Below are positions 32,701 through 45,761 of a DNA stretch of 64,000 nucleotides, in pieces. The notes beneath the pieces were generated by a model that did no database searches, was not told where the DNA came from, and saw only the letters and a list, made by a program, of their open reading frames with translations. The DNA is from Antedon mediterranea (taxonomy: Eukaryota > Animalia > Echinodermata), in assembly GCF_964355755.1 (NCBI RefSeq), contig NC_092680.1, forward strand, positions 16,873,045 through 16,937,044. Reading direction: 5' to 3'. Position numbers and translations under genes: made by a program. The number at the start of each line of letters is the position of its first letter. Position 1 is the first letter of the stretch.

Positions 32701-32883
32701 AACAAAGCAGAAGAGGTGGAGGATGAGGGGGAGGAAGAGGATGATGATGGAGAAGAAGAAGCTAAAGAGAACAATCAACCTCAATATGGTAACAACGAGC
32801 AGAATGACGAGCAAGAACAAAAGGATGAACCCAAGGATGATGACAGTTCTCAGAATGATCAAAATATGGTTGATGATGTATAA
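20733..32883 (+). CDS. Golgi membrane protein, GOLM1/GOLM2 (CASC4) family; 8 coding exons 20733-21107, 26561-26615, 26993-27473, 27716-27771, 27862-28167, 28789-28835, 29462-29507, 32669-32883
   Basis: Short basic cytosolic N-terminus and a type II TM segment ending AFNYWNVSSR (compare GOLM1 GFNYWIASSR), followed by coiled coil and a highly acidic tail. All eight exons are phase-compatible over GT-AG introns. Probably a co-orthologue of GOLM1 and GOLM2, so no single symbol is given. Confidence 0.85.
21186..22091. mobile_element. Foldback/MULE-like MITE with 15-bp tandem subterminal repeats and 9-bp TSD
   Basis: Arrays of caagtcaactcggcc and its reverse complement at both ends. Flanks are agcctaatg and agcctaata. 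Confidence 0.85.
22147..22262 (+). repeat. 16-bp tandem repeat (aaagtcgccccatcgc, about 6 copies), probably one arm of a related foldback element
   Basis: The tandem array is directly visible. Downstream sequence 22803-22950 resembles the interior 21533-21740 of the neighbouring element. Confidence 0.7.
23743..24732. mobile_element. PIF/Harbinger-like element with 3-bp TSD and a nested palindromic insert (about 24090-24448)
   Basis: tat|GACCCCATTTACACTTCA...TGAAGTGTAAATGGGGTC|tat: perfect 18-bp TIR. Internal inverted arms acaatgccgttcaacgaagcgtaaccaacagaaataacatagcgttttcag and its reverse complement. Confidence 0.85.
25349..25500. mobile_element. Small Harbinger-like MITE
   Basis: gcttgattccctttagaacgcaacgca / tgcattgcgtcctagtgggaaccaagc arms, with TTA on both flanks. 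Confidence 0.7.
28375..28592. mobile_element. MITE family B copy
   Basis: Collinear similarity to 12397-12575. Confidence 0.65.
30250..30316. repeat. 15-bp minisatellite (gttccaggggcttgg), about 4 copies
   Basis: Directly visible. It explains the spurious repetitive ORFs in three frames. Confidence 0.8.
30357..30730. mobile_element. Young PIF/Harbinger-like MITE
   Basis: taa|AGCCGATTTTCCACTAGGCGAATTTGTTCGCGCGAATC...perfect reverse complement|tta: 38-bp TIR. Confidence 0.9.
31303..32487. mobile_element. TTAA-flanked MITE whose left arm contains an expanded 25-bp minisatellite
   Basis: Ends are agcgacgtttaacgacctatacaggt and acctgaataggttgtgaaacgtcgct. The inner arms 32255-32300 and 32390-32435 are inverted. 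Confidence 0.75.
31310..32255 (+). repeat. 25-bp minisatellite aggtcctatctttcacgatctgtcc, about 37 copies
   Basis: Directly visible, highly homogeneous tandem array. Confidence 0.95.
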
Positions 32884-33006
32884 TAATTTTTATTTACTAT
32901 AAATTTGTATAAAATCTATGGGGTTTCTTTTCTGTCTTTCAATAGAAAAAAACAATTACAACATTAAATAATTTCATTTCTTAGCTGTACATTAAAAATG
33001 TAGACA

Positions 33007-33142
33007 GCTCTGTCTACACTATGAAACTTTGACAAAAAAATGTGATGTGTCCATATATGGACATGATGTCATGTTGCTACCATATTTGGGCATGTCACAC
33101 TTTTTTTTTTCTACATAAAGTTTGATAGTATAGACAAAGTTT
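33007..33142. mobile_element. MITE family A copy just 3' of the GOLM-like stop codon
   Basis: agctctgtctacactat...tttgatagtatagacaaag. Confidence 0.75.
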
Positions 33143-35801
33143 TATGGAATGAAAAAAATTTACTGAACAAAATATTTCATTAAATCTAATTATAGTAGGT
33201 TGGATTTTAAGTGACAGAGTTTATTAACTGTATTACATGTGGGTTGACATTTCTATTTTTTTGTAGTGTTAGAAATACAAATTTTCAACACAAGATACCT
33301 TCGCTGTGGAAAAATGTTCGGCAAAAATCAAATATATACCTAGTTGGTTGGTTGGTAATAAAAAGAAATACCATTACAGAACAACAACAACAATTGTAGC
33401 ATGTGTGTATAAAAGTCATTCTTATTTTCTTTCCTCCATTTTATGGGATGAAGATACGCTATGCTATTTCTATTGTGGAGTATTTTTTACTCTGCACATG
33501 CTATGCTGCCTAAGTTGTTTTGAAGAAATTCTTGTGTTTATTCCTAAATACAGTCAACTTTCCCAATACCAGACTCCAAAAACTCTCCCAATACCAGACT
33601 TTGGAAACTCTCTCAAAACCACACTTTTCTTTTGGTCCAAAAGTTCCCAAATTATGTGTTGCCATTAAAAATGCATTTGGAATAACATAGTTTCTGGAAA
33701 GCCAGACATATTAGGATAGCCCATGGGTGTCTGGTATTGGAAGAGTTGGCTGTTCTATTAAAATAGTATTTTAAAAGTAATAAAGATATATATTATAATA
33801 TAATTCAAGGAGATTGGGATGTATTCTATTAATAATAAATCAAATAATCATGTGACATGCTGTAGGTGTACAGTATTTCTATTAGCTGTTGATAGGATTA
33901 GTTAAAATATGCAAACTGTTCTGCAAGCAAAGCAATTATTTTGTTTAACTTTGAATTTCAGTACTTTGCTGTTCATTCTCAACACTGGTTGTAGTATTAA
34001 TTTTGTGAATCAATTTTATGATTTTATATTTGTATGTATATATTTATTATATATAATTGTAATCCTTATAAATTCTATATTGGGACATTGATGTACTTAT
34101 TAATTTATATAAATAATAAATTGTTTATGTAGTGGTAGCTCATGTTAATTAACAACACGCTTTCTTACCAATTTGAGTCTGTAAGATATGTCTTGCTGTT
34201 TGATGTCGTTTAAATTTAATTACAAATACTGTAAAACAGTTGAGTCAATGATAACATGGTTCTTTTTAAAATATTAACCAGGTCTTATACATTGAATCTG
34301 ATTTTAAATGTTTTTTGTTATTCTAAATTTTCAATAGCAATAATTTCATTTGTTTATTTTTTACAATTGGTAAAGCTAAATGTTGATAAAAGCTTCCAAT
34401 GGAATGTTGAAATCAATTAAGCATGAATGTTTTCTTTTTTAGAAAGTAAATTTGTGTGTTCATAATTTTTTGTATTTATTTAGGGATAGTTAACTTTTAT
34501 TGGCCTTCCTATGAGACCCCCCCCCCCTCCCCAATAATATATGGGGGTGGTGATTGTGACCACCTTGTCCTAAAAAATTATTATAATAATAATTATACAT
34601 TTATTCTCTTTGCAAATGAATTTCAATGCAAAATGTCTATGTTGGTAACTATTACTTTTTAGTCCTCGAATATAGGCCCATCCCAAATTTGTTTATCCCT
34701 GAAATAGGAAGGTTAACATAATAGTCTATTTATGTTGTTAACATTCCCTATTTTAATTACAAATACTGTACTATTGAATTATTTTAGTGTAGTTTGAGTG
34801 GAATTAATGGGATTTCTATTGTTTTATTTTAATATGTAATTTGATTAAAAGAGAAAATACAACTTTTTTGAAAAAAAAAAATTATCTGTCATTGCATTTA
34901 ATTTGTCTTTCAATTGTTTAAAGAGCATTTTAAACAATTCGTGAGCTATGGAGTAATAGTAATATATAAAGAAAGTGTTTAGTTATATTTTAGACATCTT
35001 CACTCACCAAAACCATTGTTCCCACTAAAAATGTGTACATACATTTTCTCGATGTAAACATTTTATTTCCATACATGTGCATAACTGCATATTATATTCT
35101 GTGGGAAACAACTAAATTATTAATCAAAGTGTATTAATCAAATTAACAATAGTTTCAACAAGCAATCCAACTTTATTTTTGGATCAGTTACGGGGAGCAA
35201 AACAACTCTATTTTTGGTATAAGTATACGGGGAGCAAAACAACTCTATTTTAATACTAAAAAAAGCCCACCCAAAAGAATTTTTTAACTCATTGAATCAA
35301 TTCGATGATTGGATTCGATGATTTTTCGACAGCATAAAGTAGAAGACTTCAAACAAGAGATTTTGTTGTGAATTAATTAGATTCTCCCAGCAGAAAATAA
35401 GTCGAAACACAAATGAACACAACAATATAATACTTGTTCACTTTTTTTAATAACTTTTATTTATTTTGTCTAGAAAATCTCTACATATTTATGAGACGGT
35501 ATTTTCATTTCCATTTTTCGAAGAAGTTCTAACCAATCGGGTTCTGATGTTCAGAGGGTCTGAAAAGGTCAATGTTGCCATTTGTTTTACACCCTTTTGT
35601 CAATCATTTAATAAAAAAAAATTGTAGAATTTTATCTAATCTTATCAGATTTTTTAGTATTGCATTTGCTTATCTATTATGAAGCTTTTCCTTCATAATG
35701 TAGTGGGGATGGATGGGGTGGCGATTGTGACCATCTTGTCCTAAAAAAATCACTAGACGGTAACATACTTAAATATCTCCGCATTTATTAAAGAACTCTA
35801 A

Positions 35802-38800
35802 TCATTTACCAATACAAAAGTCTTTAAAGATGACATCCAGAATGTCCTCTGCACCAACTTTACCAGTAATTTTACCAAGCTGTCGAAGGCCTGTCCGCAA
35901 GTACTCTGCTGCTAACACCACATCAGATTGGTGAAAGAACTCATCGAGAGCTGCTGTGGCCTGCTCTAAATGATGTCTGTGACGCTGCTGTGTCAGGCTA
36001 GGTGTCTGCGATTGTGGATTCATACACCTTGGATAAAATTAAAATGCATTATTATAACCAAGAGTTTATTTACCAATATTGTGTAATACAGTACAACCCA
36101 AACGGATTTAAACAGGCTTTAGCCCCCCCCCCCCCCCCACCCCTAAAATTTAACAGCCATGTCTTTTTAAAATAAAATAATGACTATTTTTGTGTTTTTT
36201 TTTCTAACCAAACAGATCGTTTTTATATTTATCCCCCTCCCCCTAATCTATAATAATGCTAGATCTGCCCTTGCCCACTCAGAATTCTCTTCTCTGTGCA
36301 AAATGAATTAACATGACAACATAGTTAAGGTCATTAGGTCATCGCAAATCAAAAGCTCCTTATTACTCTTACTGCTTTAGAATAATTTGACTAACTAACT
36401 TAGTCTTAAGTTCCTAACTTACATTTTTTCAACCTTTTCTGCGAGTAAACTCAGAAAATAATCGATTCCTTCACCAGTTTTGCATGATATCAAACAGCAA
36501 TTAACATCTTCAATTTGTTTACCCATTCTGTCCTTATCAAAGTTCACCCTTTCAATTAATTGTTTTAATCTATCAACACTTTCCACAGGCAGTACATCTG
36601 ACTTGTTGATTACAATTATATAATCTACAGAATTTGTGTCCAACTGTGTGTCCAGATTTAATGAGGAACGTAGATTGTTCAGAAACGTTATAAACGTTTC
36701 TTCACTGGTTGATTGCGCAACAGCTTCAGAAGTATCCGTCATCATGATAACCACGTCCGCTTGATGTGCTCTGTAATGATAACAAATGATGGAGATAATT
36801 GATAAAATGTACCATAATTATGATCTGTTCACAGAACAAACAATTGATTCTGAAGGGGAGGGGGGATTTTATGAAAAATCTTAGGAAGAAATAAGAAATG
36901 CACCAAATACAAAAATATTCAAAAACAGCTGGATTTTGTTCCCAACTCCTACTTATATTGTAGTTTTATTTAAGTTAATAATGATAATAGTTAATATTAT
37001 TGTTTATACAGTAATATTAATCAATAATAATGGAAGAGATAAAATTTGCTATTTTCAATTCTTGGTAATGTGCCTAAAAACATATATTTATAGGAACAAC
37101 ATAATAAAATTATTGTAAAGTAAACATTGTTTAAATTAAACAAAAACAATTAAAATGTTAACACACAAAATATGTTTGCCATCATATATATATACAGATA
37201 TACAGTATATCAATTTAAAGGTTCCTATCAAAATAGTATTTGTTAATGACTTCCATCACAATATAGAAATCTGAAAATGTGAGAAAGGTACATATTGGAT
37301 TTTACCGATCTCTGGCTCTCTTTATGCCTTCAAGCTCCACAGAGTCTACGGAGTGGCGCAAACCAGCGGTGTCGCTCAAAATAACAGGATAACCACCGAT
37401 GTTCACCGTTGTCTCAATAACATCACGTGTTGTACCTGCAGTCGGTGATACAATTGCTGCTGGCCTTTGACCTAAAAGATATATGTATTTCATATTTTGT
37501 TGATACCAAGTACTCAGTAACTATAACAACTAAGTTTTAAGCAAGCAAACCATTCTAATTTGAAAACACCATTTCTTAAGCTCTCTGTCTACGCTATCAA
37601 ACTAGTTTGACAAAAAAAATATGATGTGCCTAAATATGGTAGAGATATGATGTCATCATGTCCATATATGGGCATATCACATTTTCTTGCCACATAAAGT
37701 TTTATAATGTAGACAGGGCTTTAAGCTCTGTCTGTGATATGATGTCATATCATGTCCATATATGGGCATATCACTATTGTACAATACAGTATACATATTT
37801 TGAATGAAAATCATTGGTGAACCAGATGCTTCTTTTAAGCTATTCACATGTGGAAACCATATTCCCATTTTACTATAGAAACTCCTCCTGAAAAACATTA
37901 CTACAAATTTGGGAGTGGAATTTTACTACAGGATGGGCTTAATACATGTGTCAGTACAAAGAGTAAAAGAAAATAGAATGACATACATATATCATTAAGT
38001 AAGCTACTCTTTCCTACGTTAGGTTGACCTAGAATCGCAACATGTACACCATCCCGTAGACGTTCACCGCACCGGTTGTCAGAAAGATGATGAATAATCT
38101 CGGAATAAATTTTTCGAACTTGAAGACGAGCTGCAGGGCAGGAAAAAAACATAACAATGCAGTACTGTAGTCAGGAGAAATAAAGTGGCGAGGTTGTCAT
38201 TGTGTGTTGACCACAGGGTAGTCTAAGGCCTCTCTGTCCAAAAAAGTGGTCAGGTTGAAACCTTAACTGTGGGCCTACTGTTGGCTTAGACCCTTTAGTT
38301 TTTTAGAATTGTACAGTTTCAGTGGATATAACTAATAATTATTAACATCAAATAATATTAATTTCAAAAGCATTTTTTTTATTCATCCAAAAATAAAATT
38401 CCATGCATAAAAACAATAAGATACAACTTATTTAAATAATGGAAAATTTGAAGGAGAGAAAAGGCATCTGCATACCCTGCATTAAAATTATAGCTAAACA
38501 GTGTATTACTTTCATTATAATACAAGCATATAACATACTTGGTTTGTTAGGCCATATAGATGATAATGTTACCTGTTTCTAGTATGTCTTCTTCAATGTT
38601 TTCTTCTTCACTAAAATCAATAAATGCTTCTACATGTGCAATAGACTATAGAAAATCAAATACAATGATATATATGAAATATGATTTAACATACAGGTAT
38701 CAATCCTATTTGAAAACGCCATGCTATGCGTACAGCGAGTCATAATCATAATTGATTGACAGTAAAGACGATAGTGAATAAAGCTAGCCTAACCCTTTTG

Positions 38801-40244
38801 ATCTAAAGAAGATGATGGGGAGTAAAAGCAATTCAGCCTTTCGACCAGCTTACAGAGGTGATGTAAAAGTATTGTACCTTCGCTGAATAATAAAAAAAAT
38901 AAATAAATACGAAAATTAGTTATTTATGTTAAATGTCATCGCGCCTTCTTTGTGGAGATAGATCGTAGTTGACTCGTAAGCATAGCCACTGCGATTAAAA
39001 AAAACCATTTTAATAAACAGATTACATGTAGCAAATCATCCAAATTTATAAATAAACCTGAAGTATTTTCTCAGTCCATGTCTTGTATAAGCGACTCAGA
39101 TCTCCCTCCATCTGTCTTAATGCTTGCTTTCGTTGGGCTTCTGTTTCAGCGTGAATTAGATCTCCGAGACCTTCAACTTCTGTCAAGTCAAGTTTACCAT
39201 TCAGAAATGCTCTTTGTGAAAGAAAATATAATGGGAAAACTTCCGAAAATAAATACACAAATCTTCAATTTATTTATTGACTTTCAATTTCATTACAATA
39301 TTGTCATAATAATATATTACAATTAAAAACATAAATAGTAAATGCATTATAATATTACTATTTTAATTAAATAGTAAAATATTTAAATTAATTAAGTTAA
39401 TTAATTTTTTTTTTATTTTATGTAATTAACCTATGAATACTTGAATCTGTAAACAACAAACAGTTAACATACATAGACAATTATGTTTTAAATTCACATT
39501 AATTCGCAATTTCTTAATCTCACCTCTTTGTGAATTCTCCGGTCTCTGCTGGACGTAGTCCTTCCATCTTTCCCAGGGCAGCATGCACTGCCTGGATGAC
39601 AGCATTTCCTCCGTGAACATGATACTCAACTGTATCTTCTCCAGTGAAACTTGCTGGTCCTAAAAAAGAGAATAAATCAAGTCTGATACAAAACACAGGT
39701 TTAAAGTTTTACTTTATGAAGATCTAAAATGCAGATGTACACTTTAGTCCCTTCCTGGGAATCACACTCCAGCATAATATAAGTATGTTATTGTATAAGA
39801 ATTTAATGAGCAATCCTTGTGGAAAGGGCTACATACAGTAGTTGGGCTACCATCAGTATTGGAACTAACTACAGAAGACTCTTCTTACAGCCATTACTTG
39901 ACAGAAATTAAAGGTTTTAATTTAGAGGTTTTACAAACTTAGAAAACAGGAATATCAATATGTAATGCCATACTATTACTCCAATTATTTATATTACCTG
40001 GAAACCACAAAACAAGCGCTTTATCTAAATGATCCCTATTTATGGGGTCATATAGGCTGGCTAGGATTGCTTGGCGAGGACTGGGAAGGTGTGTTTTCCG
40101 CGTCAACTTCTTGATGGTTGATCGAACATTCGGGCCTGACACTCTGATCACCGCAACACCGCATTTGCCAAACCCAGACGATAATGCAAATATTGTTCCT
40201 TTATAAATTTGTGAGAACATTCTGATGTGTGAAACCGAAAGCAT
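35802..40244 (-). CDS. GTPBP3: Mitochondrial tRNA modification GTPase GTPBP3 (MnmE/TrmE); 8 coding exons 39998-40244, 39524-39659, 39058-39211, 38573-38645, 37987-38130, 37306-37471, 36423-36770, 35802-36027
   Basis: [50 protein letters not shown]1 [25 protein letters not shown] and the C-terminal FCIGK. Splice phases are consistent. Confidence 0.96.
37579..37780. mobile_element. MITE family A copy plus an adjacent partial copy
   Basis: ctctgtctacgctatcaaa...tgtagacagggct, immediately followed by a second agctctgtct...gatgtcatatcatgtccatatatgggcat. Confidence 0.75.
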
Positions 40245-40691
40245 AGCTCAACGTTTTTCCAGTGTGTTTTATTCCAAAAATATACTGCCTAATGGGAGGC
40301 CCTGTCACGCCAAATGAGGTACCACTGCCAAATGAGGTACCGCACTTAATTTGGCGTCTAAGGCGCCAAATTAGATACTATTGCAAAATGAAGTTCTATT
40401 GTAATTTTGTAAAATACAGTTTATATAAAACAAACATATTTAAGCCAGTATTAAACTACAATATGTATTCTGTATTGTTACGCCTGTTATTAGATCAAGC
40501 TTAGCTATTACATTAAATTAAATATAAAGCAGAAAATAGTTATCCTTTTTTGATTTTCGTCGAATAGATCGAAGCGGAAGTGCTTCGGTCATGGTCCGCA
40601 AATTATATGATACGCCTTGTGTGCCAAAATGTTTTTACTGCTTTTAGTTGAATCACCGCGTGTACAATTAAAACCAATAGATTGTGCTGCA

Positions 40692-42287
40692 CAGTGGTGG
40701 CGCCAGCGGGGGGGGGGGGGCTACGGGGGCTCTAGCCCCCTCGTCGGGGAGCCTAGCCCCCCCGTCGGGGAACACGGGTACTTTTTGTCGGGGAATATAA
40801 TATACAGTAAAAAACGTTCGCGTTCACTTCATATAGCTTCAGCGCCTAGAAAACCACGACGTTCCATTGACCGTGAGAGTACGTCAGAGGGCTATTATGC
40901 ACTTTTATGCATTCATTTATTGCCAGCGATCTAACTTACTACTAAACATTAGCTAGGTACGCACTTGTCTGGCGGTATCCCTTTGTACGAATCGTTCAAC
41001 GTTGGGTCGAGACGCGTGATATCAAGTTCCATCCAGGGACCAAAACGTGTAAGGTAGTTATTTTCCAGGCGAAGTTTACCGACGGTTACCGAAGGGAACA
41101 CGGGTACTTTTTGTCGGGGAATATAATATACAGTAAAAAGCGTTCGCGTTCACTTCGTAGCTAGCTTCAGCGCCTAGAAAACCGCGACGTTTCATTGACC
41201 GTGAGAGTACGTCAGAGTGATATTATGCACTTTATATGCATTCATTATTGCCAGCGATCTAACTTATTACTAAACAATAGCTAGGTTCGCACTTGTTTGG
41301 CGGTATCCCTTTGTACGAATCGTTCAACGTTGGGTCGAGACGCGTGATATCATGTTCCATCCAGGGACCAAAATGTGTACTGTTATTTTCCAGGCGAAGT
41401 TTACTGACGGTTACGTTGTGTACAGCGTCGACGTACGCTACACTACAGCAAAAACGAATTATGTTAATTGTTCGTAATGTTCACCAATTTTTTTAATTTA
41501 CAAGTAACATTCTGTACCGTGGGGCACCTAAAATAAAATTTTCATCCATTACTAAACAAAAAAACATGCCATTTTCGCCATCTTATTATAGCTAAGTTAT
41601 TACATTTTCAATGTCCTGTATGTCATGAATTTCTCACCACTCGGAAGTCCAGATGGTACGCACGCATACACTTGGGAGGAATAAACTTATTTCCCCGACT
41701 GAAAATGGTCTACGCTTGCGTTTTTTAAGCCTCTAGGCCTGATGTTTCCGAAGTATAAAATGCAATTTTTTGAAGACCTGCAGCTCTAGTTTTAAACAGT
41801 TTCTTAGCTCAGCCCCAACAATAAAGCTGGTCATATTTCGAAGTACAAGAAGTGCATTTTCCGGGACCTCAAACATTTCTTAGCTCAGTCACAACCTTGA
41901 TAGGGACTTATATATTTTGTTTCATGTTTTGAAGTATAATAAGTCCAATTTCCGGGACCTCCAACTCTATTTTTCTAAATTTTCTTTGAACTTTTATTTT
42001 TTAAATTGAAAAATATGGATTGAAACAGTCATCGCGCATCGTTTTTTTGCACGCAGTATTTTATTTATGCTTTATAAAAAATGGAAAAAATGGCTACCCT
42101 AAATCTGATTAAAATGACCTCAAATGACGCTAGAACGCGTTGCTTACGGGGGCTTCGCCCCCTGGGCCCCCACCGGGGGCCCTTGGCGGCCCCCTGGCCC
42201 CCAGCCTAGTGATGCTCGCTTCACTCGCATAGCCCCCTCGTCGGGGAATGTAGCCCCCGCGTCGGGAAGATTCTGGCGCCACCCCTG
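40692..42287. mobile_element. hAT-like non-autonomous transposon, 8-bp TSD, internal tandem duplication of about 325 bp
   Basis: gtgctgca|CAGTGGTGGCGCCAG...CTGGCGCCACCCCTG|gtgctgca. Segment 40768-41090 is repeated at 41094-41415. Confidence 0.92.
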
Positions 42288-42317
42288 GTGCTGCAGTGCA
42301 GATTGTCTTTAATTTGA

Positions 42318-42511
42318 AATTTATATTTATACTGGGTAAACTCTTCAGTCAAAGACTGGTCTCCCAGAGGGCCCAGTTGGTGATCAGTGGCTGTGATGTA
42401 CTAATACACCGGGGTAACCCCCTACTCGTCTCGAAAGATGTACTAGTTAAAGTGCACACGAGCTAGATGTGTACACTGGACCTACGGTTTATAGTCCTTA
42501 TCCGAGAAGAC
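42318..42511 (-). mobile_element. 5'-truncated SINE with Deu/Nin-like conserved core
   Basis: Minus strand gtcttctcggataaggactataaaccgtaggtcc...tttcgagacgagtagggggttaccccggtg resembles the DeuSINE/Nin core, followed by a tail ending in tataaa repeats. Confidence 0.7.
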
Positions 42512-42512
42512 C

Positions 42513-43176
42513 CATAAATGTAAAAATGTTACTGATGAATTGTAACGACATTGGGAATTAAAATGTGTTAAATAATATAGTACAGTAATGTGGGCTGTCT
42601 GCTTGGGGGTCTGTCTATCAAGGTACAACATTTCGACGAAGCCAATTTAATATTTTCATTTTGTTTTAATATCTGTAGAATGCGTCGTCATTTATTCTGA
42701 AGCTAATACTGTAGGCCTATATACCGTAATCAGGCGGTATTATTAAGGCTAGCTCACGTACAGCAGAATTCACGTAGAATTATGTGGTGTTGTTGCTTGA
42801 TTGTAAATTGCCCAGATTCTTCATTAGAAAAGAACTGATCAATTTGAATTGAATTAAGGTTAATTCTAGAACTGATATTAAGGACTCTTTAGAACAGATA
42901 TTAAGATGTCCTCTATAAACGGAGTCCTCACAAACTCATATAAGAGGTCCTCTTGTAAAATCAGGTTCCCGTCGAATTTATTTTAGATAAGTAACTAAAT
43001 TATCATGGATTTCATAACCACCATTCCATCGATAGCTTTTTTTTTCTCTTTTGTGGCGCAAACACCACTTTTATCCACATTCATATTATCTCATGTCATT
43101 ACATAAAATCATATTATTTAACACATTTTAATTCCCAATGTCGTTACAATTCATCAGTAACATTTTTACATTTATG
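42513..43176. repeat. Perfect 66-bp inverted repeat pair (42513-42578 / 43111-43176)
   Basis: cataaatgtaaaaatgttactgatgaattgtaacgacattgggaattaaaatgtgttaaataatat and its exact reverse complement. Confidence 0.85.
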
Positions 43177-43729
43177 AATTCCGTATTGCCTCCTATTTTC
43201 ATTAGTGTTCTTCGTTTTAAAATATTTTACACATAAAGAATTTGTGAGATTTTCAATTGTTTGTTTTAATTTTACAACCCGGATTATACAATGTATTTAT
43301 ATACAAGATAAAACGAATTAAATCAGATCAGCACCACCTGTAACTCGTATCACAGTGAATTCCTTTTCTGATAATCTCAGCAAATTAGAATTTATATTAA
43401 CATAATAGTATTTCTTAAAGCTACCCATTTTTTCTATACTTGTTTCTTTATTGTTATATCTTTCACATTCAATGTTAAGCATATTGCTTTCCTTTTGAAT
43501 GAATTCCATAAAGATTTACCCACTGGCTTATTTAATACTGATTTATTCTATAAATAGTGAAGGCTGCAAATGTGTATATATATGCCTAATCTACTATTCC
43601 ATCGATATAGCTAATTAAATTACTGTATGTCAATAAATAAATAAAAAATATTAACTTACATCCCACTCTCATCACCCCACAAAGTATAAAAGTGCATGCA
43701 TGTTCCATATTATGTACAACGTATGAATT

Positions 43730-44345
43730 GATGGAACGAACAATCGAGATGAAAATAACGCATGCAATCTCCATTGCAAAATTAGGTTCCATTTAAGTAT
43801 AAATTCTAATATTCCCGACCTCAAAAATAATTAGTGTTATAACTACGGTAACTGTATTTAGCTTCCTAGAATTTCGTCCACCCCTCCGAACATGTTTTCA
43901 ACATCGTATGAACAAACAAGGTGACCGACTTCATTGCAAAATTAGGTTCCATTGCATTATTGCGAATTTAAGGTTGTTTCCGACTTCGAAGTAATACTTA
44001 CTTAGAATTTCGCTCACCACCCCATTCCCATCCAAACTTGTTTCCCACATCGTAATATGAACAAACGAGATGACGACTTTTATTGCAAAATTACGTTCAA
44101 TTATTTGCGAATTCACGTTGTGTAATTCCCAACCTTAAAATAACTGTATCATGTATTTAGCTTGCTTAGAATTTCGCTCACCACATTCCCATCCAAACTG
44201 TTTCTCACATCGATATGAACAAATGAGATGACAACTTCATTGCACAATTATAATCCATTATTGCGAATTTATGTTCAAATGTTTCCGACATCAAGGTAAA
44301 AAGTACCAGCTGAATAAAATATCTAACATATTGCAAAATTAGTCT
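43730..44345. repeat. Degenerate tandem repeat (about 160-bp unit) that resumes at 47439-47900 after the nested insertion
   Basis: Recurring gaacaaacgagatga...attgcaaaattaggttccatt...tgtttccgac...ttagaatttcgctcacc motifs on both sides of 44348-47438. Confidence 0.6.
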
Positions 44346-45761
44346 CTAACTAGATTTAATTCGTCACTATGACGAATTATAGGTTATATGCATTGATAAT
44401 TAAAATAAAGATAATTTATTTTTAAAAGATATTTTGATTCATTGATTTTCTCAGATTCTTTAAATAATATATAATATATGATAGGACCTTGCTAACGCGA
44501 ATACAATAGCCGGTATCACAATCCGATCAAAGATCCCTCTGCGTATAATGTCATAAACCACATTTGCTGTTACATAATAATAAAGACATAAGTTATTTTT
44601 TATCTAGAATTCATTATAAATCATGTGTATAATATATACACTAAGAAATAAATTTGAACAAACAATACGGATAATAAAAAAAAATTTATTTCGTTTCCCA
44701 AGGTGAGACTCGATCTCGGTACCTTGAGTGCCATAGACACGAGCACACACCACCGAGCCATACACAACTGACTAAAAATTGTAGAAAAATTCCTCCGTGT
44801 ATTTACTATGCAGTAACCACTTTGGTGCAGATAGATTATTACATACCGCAATGAATTATAATTTTTTACTATGATGACATCTCTAAAAATGTACAAAAAT
44901 GATGCACTGTCAAACTATATACTTTTAACTTTAATATATGAACTTTTGAAGGAAGAAAGTTAATGTTAAGTTTGTTATTTTGGCCTAAGAAAATGTCATA
45001 ATTTGTTTGATTGTCGAAATGAATTTTTTTAAATTTAATATGCAATTAATTATGGCTTAATCAACTTTTGTTCCCTTAGTTTAATAATAAATCATACATA
45101 AGATACATACACTTCAAGAAAATGAAATAAAAAATATGTGTTCCCGAGCATTCTGACGATCTATATTAATTTTAAAATTTAGCATATTTTCACCATTTTG
45201 TTAACTTACACGTGCGTAGCCTGTCACTTTTGACGTGCTCGTATAAGGCAATTACGCGTTGAAAAGTGAATAAAATATGATGATATTATTAAAGAAAGGT
45301 TGTACAACCGAAATCGGACAAAAAGAGTGCGCATTAACGTATAACGCGCAGTGCGCGTGCAAAAATCTGCGCACTCATGGCAATTTTTTAAACGCTTAAA
45401 ATTGCCTGAAACGTACTCTAATTTCATCGAAAATAAATTTTGACAATTTTGAACATTTTAAGCGCGCGTACGCAAGCGTTATATGCGCTACGCACGTAAT
45501 TGTATTGCCATATGATGAAATATGACCTGAAATTTATGAGTACCAAATTTTGTTTAATTGTGATTCATGCTTGTGAAGATATGATTACAAACGTGATTTC
45601 GTAAAATCGCGCGTAGACCGCGTAATTTTTGATTACGCATCGTGAAAATATAACCACATCGATTCCTGGCCATAAGGAATATACTCTGAAAAATTGACTT
45701 AGATAGATGAAACTGATATCAAGATAATTCACGGACAAAATAGTGCTAAGGAAAGAATAAA

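Noticed and set aside
35187-35252. Short direct duplication tacggggagcaaaacaactctatttt (2 copies), and similar small duplications at about 54574-54608 and 703-930
   Set aside because: Ordinary local slippage duplications with no further structure.
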